Shown: piece by piece, positions 28,512 to 35,310 of the stretch | Numbering within the stretch: position 1 is the stretch's first letter | How the letters are laid out: the number at the start of each line of letters is the position of its first letter | Assembly (NCBI GenBank): GCA_964553795.1 | Contig: CAZKMR010000004.1 | Location: 53,621-117,620 of the forward strand | Origin: an uncultured Bifidobacterium sp. | GTDB lineage: Bacteria; Verrucomicrobiota; Verrucomicrobiia; Limisphaerales; JADLHS01 | DNA: 64,000 bases | Direction: 5' to 3' | Translations under genes and position numbers: made by a program | Notes under the pieces: model-generated | Told to the model about the DNA's origin: nothing | Databases searched by the model: none | What the model saw: the letters and a program-made list of their open reading frames with translations, nothing else

Positions 28512-28958
28512 ATGACTGAAGCCGCATTCAAACAACGGACTAAGAAGCTCGCTCTCGATGTGATTCGATTTGTGGACGATTTACCGCGCAGTCGAAGCGC
28601 CGATGTCCTGACCGGACAACTCCTGCGTTCCGCCACGTCCGTTGCTGCCAACTACCGCTCTGCCTGCCGGGCGAAATCCGTCGCCGATATGATCGCCAAA
28701 CTGAGTCTGGTTGAAGAAGAAGCCGATGAAGCCGGCTTGTGGATGGAACTACTGATTGAATCCGGCAAAACCCGAGCCGAGCAATTGTCGGCACTCCGCC
28801 GCGAAGCTGAGGAAATCCTCGCCATGACAGTTGCCTCCATTAAAACCTTACGCGCCAAACAATCTGTAAATCTAAAACCTAAAATCCCAAATTACACGGC
28901 CTGTGCGCGAGATGCACAGTGCCCAAACCCAAAATCCGCCTTAGTCTCATTTAGATGA
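28512..28958 (+). CDS. Four-helix-bundle protein (23S rRNA intervening-sequence protein / Avd-like family)
   Basis: FKQRTKKLALDVIRFVDDLP...GQLLRSATSVAANYRSACRAKS..DMIAKLSLVEEEADEAGLWMELL is the family signature. The ATG at 28512 was chosen. The C-terminal about 30 aa are read through the right repeat tract. Confidence 0.85.
   Translation: MTEAAFKQRTKKLALDVIRFVDDLPRSRSADVLTGQLLRSATSVAANYRSACRAKSVADMIAKLSLVEEEADEAGLWMELLIESGKTRAEQLSALRREAEEILAMTVASIKTLRAKQSVNLKPKIPNYTACARDAQCPNPKSALVSFR
28861..28938 (-). repeat. Right tandem-heptamer tracts, inverted relative to 28441-28471
   Basis: AATCTGT AAATCTA AAACCTA AAATCCC AAATTAC (28861-28895) and CCCAAAC CCAAAAT CC (28922-28938). The reverse complement gives GGATTTT/AGATTTT-type units matching the left tract. 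Confidence 0.8.
28901..28919. promoter_or_regulatory. Palindrome CTGTGC-N7-GCACAG about 35 bp upstream of the response-regulator start (candidate operator)
   Basis: CTGTGCGCGAGATGCACAG was read directly. It shares the CTGTGCG half-site with the sites at 29685-29807. Confidence 0.4.
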
Positions 28959-29620
28959 CGGCGACCGAAGAACTCATGGCCTCGATATTGATTGTCGAAG
29001 ACGACCCGAAGCAACTGAAGCTCTATGGCAAAGCGTTGCGCGGCTATCGCCTCACTTGCGTTTCCACCGGCAGCGCCGCCCTCGCCTCCATCGCGGAAAC
29101 CAAACCCGATCTCGTCATTCTCGACAACATTCTCGACGCCGGTGAGAAAGGCTTGGAATTTCTGCCGAAACTCAAAGCGATTGCCGCCCACGTCCCGGTC
29201 ATCATGATTTCCGGCACGTTGCAAATCCGCGAAAAGCTCGCCGCGCTGCAAGGGCCGCGTTCCGCGCATTACATTCTGGAAAAGCCGGTGGACCTCGACG
29301 AACTGGATAAAACCGTCGAAATCGCGCTGACTGAATGCGGCCTCGGCGAAACCGTCGCAGTGCTGCAATCGTTGGAACGCGCCGAGAAAATTGAAGCCTC
29401 TGAGCCGGATCGCCGCTTCACTGAACGCCTCGCGCGTCAGCATGAAATGATCAAGCGCCTGCGCGGAACGACCGATCGTCCGAATGTTTCCGGTCTCGCC
29501 CGCGACTTCAATGTCTCCCGCAAAACCATCATCCGCGATCTTCAGGATTTGATTCGCCGCGGGCAGTTGCCGGAGGAAATTTATCCGGAGTGGAAACAGG
29601 AAGTTTCCGGCGAAGACTGA
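28955..29620 (+). CDS. Response regulator: receiver domain + C-terminal HTH (DeoR/HTH_11-like)
   Basis: ILIVEDDP...DLVILDNIL...VIMISG (REC). C-terminal VSGLARDFNVSRKTIIRDLQDLIRRGQL (HTH). ATGA overlap with the preceding ORF. An alternative start lies at 28976. Confidence 0.85.
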   Translation: MTATEELMASILIVEDDPKQLKLYGKALRGYRLTCVSTGSAALASIAETKPDLVILDNILDAGEKGLEFLPKLKAIAAHVPVIMISGTLQIREKLAALQGPRSAHYILEKPVDLDELDKTVEIALTECGLGETVAVLQSLERAEKIEASEPDRRFTERLARQHEMIKRLRGTTDRPNVSGLARDFNVSRKTIIRDLQDLIRRGQLPEEIYPEWKQEVSGED

Positions 29621-29684
29621 TTTTCTCTGCTGCGAATAGTTCGGCCTACTTCCCCCGTCCCGCTCGTTTCAGTGTGCTTCCCTT

Positions 29685-29807
29685 GCACATTCCTGTGCGG
29701 AGGTCGCGCAGTTTTCCCCTGCTCCCGACTGCGTTAATCACCCGGAATCCAGATGACACGAGGCCCAGCCCTCTCCACGGCTGTGCGCCACACGCACACC
29801 CCTGTGC
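29685..29807. promoter_or_regulatory. Candidate operator cluster: GCACA-N4-TGTGC (29685-29698), TGTGCG-N5-CGCACA (29782-29798), GCACA-N4-TGTGC (29794-29807)
   Basis: Palindromes read directly in the 418-bp non-coding leader between the regulator gene and the ten-gene cluster. Confidence 0.45.
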
Positions 29808-30038
29808 GCGTTGTGCTCAGTTCGCAGGTCATCTTATTTGCCGTATTCAAGCGGCATGCAACTTCAATCTCTTCGTGAGGCAATTACCCGCGACGCTCAG
29901 AACGTCGCGCCCAAAACCAATTCGCCTGCTAACTCCTGGTCAGTCGAATCAAACCCAACCGCCCGCGTCCCAAACCATCGCCCTGCGCGGCAGAACGCTT
30001 TGATTCGTTTCGCCGTCCTGAATGCGCTTCGCCCGGCA

Positions 30039-30863
30039 ATGGGATTTATGCGTTTGCTTCTGCTCAGCGCGAGTTTCATGGCTTTCACGTCGAGTCAGGC
30101 CGCTCCGGTCACTTTCAATTTCATTGGTCACCTCACTTTCGTAAACGATCCCTCTAATCAAGTCTCGGGGCTGACAGCCGGAACGCCCTTCACGGGAACG
30201 CTGCAATATGATCCGGCCTTGACCCGTCCCCCTTCCGATACGCCCTCGCCCCACACGGAATATTACAGCTTTACCAATACCGCCGGGTTCTCTTTCACGC
30301 TTCAGGTTGGAAGCCACATCTTCACCGGCGCGGGTGTCGACCCATTGCAAAATGGCATCATCATGTACGACAACTTTGACTCGGAAGATCAGTTCTACGC
30401 GTATTTCAATCCCAGCCAGACCCGGCACAATGGCAACACTCCCCCGGTTGAATTTACACATGGGGGATTCGGTTTTGTACTGACGGATACGAATCAAACC
30501 GCGTTCGCGTCGGATACTCTGCCGGTGGTTCGTCCGGCTTTCGATAAATTTACTTCGCAGCGGATTGAGTATTCGCTCACCAAAAGTGGCCAACCCAATC
30601 TCTTTTACATCGCCGGAACAGTCACGGCTTTCACCGCCGCCTTTCAACCGCAATTGCACATTCGCCGCCTGCCAAATGGAAGCGTCGAACTCGCCTGGCC
30701 GTTGGCCGCGACGGGCTTCGCCTTGGAATCGCGCAACCAACCCCACTCCGGCACATGGACGCCCGTAGTTCAGGCCGCCATCGCCACCGAAAACGAATAC
30801 GTCGTCACCATTTCCACCGGCACCACGCCGCAATATTTCCGCCTCGCAAAATCCAATCCTTAA
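30039..30863 (+). CDS. Secreted hypothetical protein with C-terminal ...W...QYFRL module (cluster gene 1)
   Basis: Signal peptide MGFMRLLLLSASFMAFTSSQA. Coding-like composition. The C-terminal 70 aa resemble the C-termini of the CotH giant and the RCC1 protein in this window. The ORF-track start at 29811 was rejected. Confidence 0.7.
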   Translation: MGFMRLLLLSASFMAFTSSQAAPVTFNFIGHLTFVNDPSNQVSGLTAGTPFTGTLQYDPALTRPPSDTPSPHTEYYSFTNTAGFSFTLQVGSHIFTGAGVDPLQNGIIMYDNFDSEDQFYAYFNPSQTRHNGNTPPVEFTHGGFGFVLTDTNQTAFASDTLPVVRPAFDKFTSQRIEYSLTKSGQPNLFYIAGTVTAFTAAFQPQLHIRRLPNGSVELAWPLAATGFALESRNQPHSGTWTPVVQAAIATENEYVVTISTGTTPQYFRLAKSNP

Positions 30864-30882
30864 TCACAAACCCGATCATTAT

Positions 30883-31305
30883 ATGACCACAACTCCGCAA
30901 CTCATCGAAACGCCCGCCAACGTTCCCGGCGGCGCCACCTATCAACACCTCGCCTACGTGGACGCCTACGACGCCGTGCTCAACATTGATTACGCGTTCG
31001 TCGCCTACAAAGAAACCGACAGCAACGGCGAATGGCGCGTGCGCATCAAATCCTCGCAAACCGCCGGCGCCGTCTTCGAACCGGCGATGATCAAGAGCAA
31101 TGCCCGCTCGACCGGTGCGCAGGGCAAACCGTGGTTTCAATGGGGCTACAGCTTTGATCCGAGCGCGAGCGACCCGCGTTGCATTCAATTCCGCGTTCAC
31201 GTCGCCAACGGTCAGCCGAGCGAAATCGAAATGTTCGTGCAACTCCGCAAGTTCGACGGTACCGCCGACGCGCCAAAATCCGTGAAGTTCCCGTGGCCCG
31301 CGTGA
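30883..31305 (+). CDS. Hypothetical soluble protein, 140 aa (cluster gene 2)
   Basis: ORF with balanced composition and no signal peptide or TM helix. 19-nt gap after gene 1. Confidence 0.65.
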   Translation: MTTTPQLIETPANVPGGATYQHLAYVDAYDAVLNIDYAFVAYKETDSNGEWRVRIKSSQTAGAVFEPAMIKSNARSTGAQGKPWFQWGYSFDPSASDPRCIQFRVHVANGQPSEIEMFVQLRKFDGTADAPKSVKFPWPA

Positions 31306-31336
31306 TGGGCGCATTGGGCCTTAACCAAAGCCCTCC

Positions 31337-31675
31337 ATGAATCGCTCCGTCATTCAACTCATTGCCGATGGTTGCGCCCTGCTCAGCGCGGCCATCGGCG
31401 TGCCATCGCTGACGGTGCTTTTGCTTTACGCGATCAACGAGCTGCGCGCATCCGGTCCGATGTCCGCGGCTCACTCAACTGCACATTTGAATCCCGACGC
31501 CCTCTCATCCGCCGTCAGCTTTCTCATCAAGAGCTTTGGCGACAACGTGGTGCTCGTCGCCGTATCCGGACTGATCGTGGCCGGTTCGCTTTGGATCTTC
31601 GGTCGCACTCTTCAGTTCCGCGTCTCGCGCGATGCCGAGCCTCATCCCTCTTTATCCCTGTCCATCCGCGGTTAA
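31337..31675 (+). CDS. Hypothetical small membrane protein, about 2 TM (cluster gene 3)
   Basis: Hydrophobic segments LIADGCALLSAAIGVPSLTVLLLYAI and VVLVAVSGLIVAGSLWIF. Confidence 0.6.
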   Translation: MNRSVIQLIADGCALLSAAIGVPSLTVLLLYAINELRASGPMSAAHSTAHLNPDALSSAVSFLIKSFGDNVVLVAVSGLIVAGSLWIFGRTLQFRVSRDAEPHPSLSLSIRG

Positions 31676-31681
31676 ATCATC

Positions 31682-33271
31682 ATGAACGCAAATCTCAAAC
31701 TCGCTCCTCGCACTTTCCCCGCCCGCGTCGCGGAACTTGGTTTCACCGCCGAGTTGCCCGCCGATTGGATCAGTCACGAACTGCCCCGCGAGGACGTGGA
31801 TTTTTCCAATCCTACAAACCTCCTGCCGCTCGCCGTCGTCACCGCGCCACACGCCGCTATCGTCTTCGCTTTCGCCGCGCGACCCGCTTACGACGACGGC
31901 ACCTTGCACGACTGGGCCTGGTATCTTTTGAATCACAATCAACTTCAGCCCCGCGCCATCGGTCGCGACGTCGTTGCTGGCGTGGCCGCTATTTCCGGCG
32001 AGGCCGTGCAACAATCGGAGTTGGGCCCGCTCGTCGTCCGCTTTGCATTCATCGAAGACGGCAACCGCCTCGTGAACCTCACGCTCACCGCACCGGAAAT
32101 GTTCGCCGACTCCGTGCGCGATGCGTGGTTCGCGATGCTGAAATCCTTCACGCTCGAAACCCCGCGCGGTTCACGTTTCCCAATTGAAGCGGACAACACT
32201 CCCGCCGCGCCAATTCCCGAACCGTGGTTGGAATCCAAACCCGCCGTCGCAGCGACTGAATCCGCCGTGCCAGTAAAGGAGATTGCCATGAAGCTCCCGG
32301 AGAATTTGCAACGCAAGAAATGCAAGTTCTACGACTTCGCTCTCGCTGCTGACACGAGTTCGCTGGATCAAGACACTTCAATAAATGCCAATCTCCGCGA
32401 CCGCGGCATCGGCCTCGTGCCGAACGTTGTCGCCATCCGCCAAGAAGCCCGCTACGCGAGCGTCGCCGCCGGCGCAATCTTGGCGCAGTTCGACGTGCCC
32501 TTCGGCTGGCATGTCATTGATGACGGCAAACGCACGCTCGTGTTTGAACCGAGTGGCAAGGTGCAGATAAATTTGAATCTCATTCCTCGCGAGCGCCGCA
32601 GCAATAAGGCCATTCTCGACGCCATCGAAGCCGAGATGCGTAACGATTATCCGCATCCTGAATTCGTCCGGCTCAAGGAAGGAAGAATTCACGCGCTCGG
32701 CGCGCGCAACATTGCCGATGGCGATCAACCTTTGGAACAGTATCACCTGCTCTTTCCGTTTCGCGACGACTCGATGGTCTTGCGCGCTCGCGTCACCGCC
32801 ACACCCGAACAAGCCAGCGACGCGACCAATCTCGCGGAGTTGATTCTCGATAGCGTCGCCTTCGATTGTTTTCAGCAGCGCGACGAACCCGCGTCCGCCG
32901 AGAATTCCACTCAAGACTCTCAAAACTCGAAACAGAAGTCCGATGGCCCACCCAAGTGGTGGCACGAAGCCATCGCGCTCGAAGCGCAAAACCAACTGGA
33001 CGCCGCGGAAAAACACATCCGCGACAACTGTCCCTACATCGGATTCGCCGCTTCCACGGCGGAAATGTATCGCCTGCGCATGTTGCGTCTGAAGCATGCC
33101 GGCGACAGATCCGGCGCGCTTGAAGCGTTCATGAAATCGAGCAGTTTCATCAGCTTCTACGTCAGCATGGCGACGAGCGGCGGCGAAGGCGCGGCGCTTT
33201 CTTACGAACGCGATCAATTCCGCGCTCAACTTGTCGCTGAATACGGCAGCGACCCGGAGGCGAAGTCATAA
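31682..33271 (+). CDS. Hypothetical 529-aa protein with apparent internal duplication and helical C-terminal region (cluster gene 4)
   Basis: Two segments open with similar strand motifs: FTAELPADW at aa 21-29 and FDVPFGWHV at aa 270-278. The C-terminal about 110 aa are helix-rich. 6-nt gap after gene 3. Confidence 0.7.
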   Translation: MNANLKLAPRTFPARVAELGFTAELPADWISHELPREDVDFSNPTNLLPLAVVTAPHAAIVFAFAARPAYDDGTLHDWAWYLLNHNQLQPRAIGRDVVAGVAAISGEAVQQSELGPLVVRFAFIEDGNRLVNLTLTAPEMFADSVRDAWFAMLKSFTLETPRGSRFPIEADNTPAAPIPEPWLESKPAVAATESAVPVKEIAMKLPENLQRKKCKFYDFALAADTSSLDQDTSINANLRDRGIGLVPNVVAIRQEARYASVAAGAILAQFDVPFGWHVIDDGKRTLVFEPSGKVQINLNLIPRERRSNKAILDAIEAEMRNDYPHPEFVRLKEGRIHALGARNIADGDQPLEQYHLLFPFRDDSMVLRARVTATPEQASDATNLAELILDSVAFDCFQQRDEPASAENSTQDSQNSKQKSDGPPKWWHEAIALEAQNQLDAAEKHIRDNCPYIGFAASTAEMYRLRMLRLKHAGDRSGALEAFMKSSSFISFYVSMATSGGEGAALSYERDQFRAQLVAEYGSDPEAKS

Positions 33272-33299
33272 CACGTCCAACAGATTTTTCCCGAGCACC

Positions 33300-33581
33300 A
33301 TGAAAACCCTGCTCATTGCCACTTCCATCGTCGCCATGCTGGCCACCGTTTTCGCAACCATGACGGCGGTCGTGTTTTGCCTCGGCATGGGCGCGAACGC
33401 GAAGCCACCGGAAATTCGCGCGCTCAAACTCTGGATGCTCGGGCTCACGTTGCTCGGCGGCGCGGGAATCACCGTCGGCATCTTTCTATTGCGCGCGGGT
33501 CAACCCGGTTGGGCGGCAGGGGTCAGCTTCGCGCCGGCAGTCATCATGGCAATCATTCTCATCGTCGCGTTGGCCAAATGA
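33300..33581 (+). CDS. Hypothetical small membrane protein, about 3 TM (cluster gene 5)
   Basis: MKTLLIATSIVAMLATVFATMTAVVFCLGMG..., LWMLGLTLLGGAGITVGIFLL and FAPAVIMAIILIVALA. The ATG at 33300 was chosen. Confidence 0.6.
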   Translation: MKTLLIATSIVAMLATVFATMTAVVFCLGMGANAKPPEIRALKLWMLGLTLLGGAGITVGIFLLRAGQPGWAAGVSFAPAVIMAIILIVALAK

Positions 33582-33633
33582 ATTCTGCTTCTCGCTTCGC
33601 CCCGCAAAATCGCTAACGCCCGCCGCACCCGCC

Positions 33634-34602
33634 ATGCTGCAATTCATTCGCACCAACACCGGACTCCTGATCAGCGTCGCGCTGCTCGGCGGCGGCGCTT
33701 TTGTTTGCACGATTCTCGGACTGATGATGTCTCGTGCCGGAGCGTCGCTGCGTCCGATTCTCTGGTTCGCCGGATTCTTCGCGCTGATCGTCCTGCCGCA
33801 ACTCATCGGGCATTTCTACCTGGCAGTTCACGCCGCCAAAAACAATGCCCCGCGCACAGCCGCATTGGAACAGCTCGCGCATTCGGACGGCGGCGCCAGC
33901 CGCACCGATGATGTGAAAGTGTTGTTCGGTCCGGATGCCGATCCGCAACTTGTGATCGATGTCCGCCAAGCGCAAGGCGAGGTATTTGCCAATGCGGAAC
34001 AAGCGCAATTCGCGGTGCTCCCGAACGGCGACACTGTTTTGCTCGCGCGCTTCACAAGCTCATCGGCGGCGGAGAAAGGCTGGACCAATTACCTGCGCGT
34101 TTCTGGATTGAATCAACTCGCCGGCCAAGGCGATTCGCAACGCGGTTACGCGGTCACTCGTGCCGTCGGCGATCGCGCCTACGTTCTGCATCAGCACAAT
34201 CTGGTTGGCATTTGGACGGGCAAAGATGATGCGGCCATTCGCCAGCGCATGAGCGTTGGCGGTTTTGAAATCCCCCGACGCGCTCCGCTCGCCGACGTAG
34301 CGGCAGGCGTCACGCCTGCCGTAGAGGGCGGCATCTTGCCGCCCGGAAAAGACGACGCAACGAATGAGTTCTCCGCCCTCACAGCGACCTCCGCAACCAC
34401 CACATCTCATCCGCGGACTGGAAGCCCGACTCGACGGCAGGCAGGATACCCGCCACCACGGCGCCGATGCGCGCCACGCTGCTTGCCGTTGGATTGCCAG
34501 TGTATCTGTTTCTCATCGTCCTCTACTTCTTCAAAGGCGCGGCGTGGGCCGGAACCTATCGCGCCAAACCCGGCACGACACCCGTCACCGCAACGGAACT
34601 GA
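33634..34602 (+). CDS. Hypothetical membrane protein, 2 TM + about 170-aa domain (cluster gene 6); 3' end doubtful
   Basis: The N-terminal 250 aa look coding. The last about 70 aa are R/P/S/C-rich (PRRRCAPRCLPLDCQCICFSSSS) and overlap the next ORF by 136 nt, so the true C-terminus is uncertain. Confidence 0.55.
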   Translation: MLQFIRTNTGLLISVALLGGGAFVCTILGLMMSRAGASLRPILWFAGFFALIVLPQLIGHFYLAVHAAKNNAPRTAALEQLAHSDGGASRTDDVKVLFGPDADPQLVIDVRQAQGEVFANAEQAQFAVLPNGDTVLLARFTSSSAAEKGWTNYLRVSGLNQLAGQGDSQRGYAVTRAVGDRAYVLHQHNLVGIWTGKDDAAIRQRMSVGGFEIPRRAPLADVAAGVTPAVEGGILPPGKDDATNEFSALTATSATTTSHPRTGSPTRRQAGYPPPRRRCAPRCLPLDCQCICFSSSSTSSKARRGPEPIAPNPARHPSPQRN

Positions 34603-35075
34603 CTTCACGCCTCCAAGCCATCAACGATCTCGACGTGCCCTTCCATATCGAACCCGGCTTGCGACCGAACGAGTTTTTCGCCACGTGGCGCTACGCGGAT
34701 GCCAAATGGATTGATCTCGCGCGCGCTCGCGGTATGAAACGTTCCTTCCGCATTCGACTCGTGCTCGATGAATCAAAGGGCACCGTGCGCGCCACCGATT
34801 ATGCGACCAGTTTCGATTGGTCCGCCGGTCGCCGCGGCGCAGACCTGAGTTGGAAAGCGTCACTCGGCATCGTTTTCTTTCAGTCCGAACATCAACGCGT
34901 CTTCGGTCTGCAACTCGACGAGCAAGGGCGATTCAAACCGGAGTTGTCGTACGCCTACACGTTCAATCTTCAGGAAATGAAATCGCCCCTCATCGAAGCC
35001 GTCACACGCGCGGGCTGGAATTGGCGTCCAACCGTCTGGCAAGGCCCGACCTGGCTACGTTGGTTAACCGAATGA
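34467..35075 (+). CDS. Hypothetical membrane-anchored protein, 1 TM + about 165-aa domain (cluster gene 7)
   Basis: TM helix ATLLAVGLPVYLFLIVLYFF, followed by a well-composed soluble domain (WRYADAKWIDLARARG...). Confidence 0.65.
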   Translation: MRATLLAVGLPVYLFLIVLYFFKGAAWAGTYRAKPGTTPVTATELTSRLQAINDLDVPFHIEPGLRPNEFFATWRYADAKWIDLARARGMKRSFRIRLVLDESKGTVRATDYATSFDWSAGRRGADLSWKASLGIVFFQSEHQRVFGLQLDEQGRFKPELSYAYTFNLQEMKSPLIEAVTRAGWNWRPTVWQGPTWLRWLTE

Positions 35076-35134
35076 TCGCCCGACAAATGAACCATGCGCA
35101 CCGCTCACCTGGCGTTCCGAAAACCGGACGCGTA

Positions 35135-35291
35135 TTTGGACTGCGCCGGCAAAGCGCAGCGACGACGGCGCTTTCGTATCGGCAACAAAACAACAGCACA
35201 CACACATCCTCTGGCCGGCTAAAGCGGTGTCGTCCACCCTCCGCAGTACTGCTACGGAGGACGGGCGCTTCGCTTGCCACCGCAGTCCAAG
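35135..35291 (+). repeat. MITE-like repeat family A, copy 2, with imperfect terminal inverted repeats and a nested 33-nt hairpin insert
   Basis: The 5' end is TTGGACTGCGCCGGCAA and the reverse complement of the 3' end is TTGGACTGCGGTGGCAA (15/17 identical). The internal hairpin CCTCCG-N11-CGGAGG (35238-35260) is absent from copy 1. Confidence 0.75.
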
Positions 35292-35310
35292 ACGCCTCAC
35301 TTCAATCCCC

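Noticed and set aside
28441-28938. Possible CRISPR-like or DGR-related structure around the four-helix-bundle gene
   Set aside because: The repeats are 7-nt tandem units, not 25-40-nt repeats with unique spacers. No reverse transcriptase, template/variable repeat pair or cas gene is visible anywhere in the window, so a DGR or CRISPR interpretation is unsupported.
29590-30003. 137-aa + strand ORF in the 418-bp leader, and the 5' extension of ORF 29811-30863
   Set aside because: It has R/P/S/C-rich non-coding-like composition, and a good signal peptide starts at the internal Met (30039). I treat the region as a non-coding leader.
34364-34714. 116-aa ORF in the third frame across the gene 6/7 overlap
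   Set aside because: It has R/H/P-rich nonsense-like composition, and both other frames have better-supported products.
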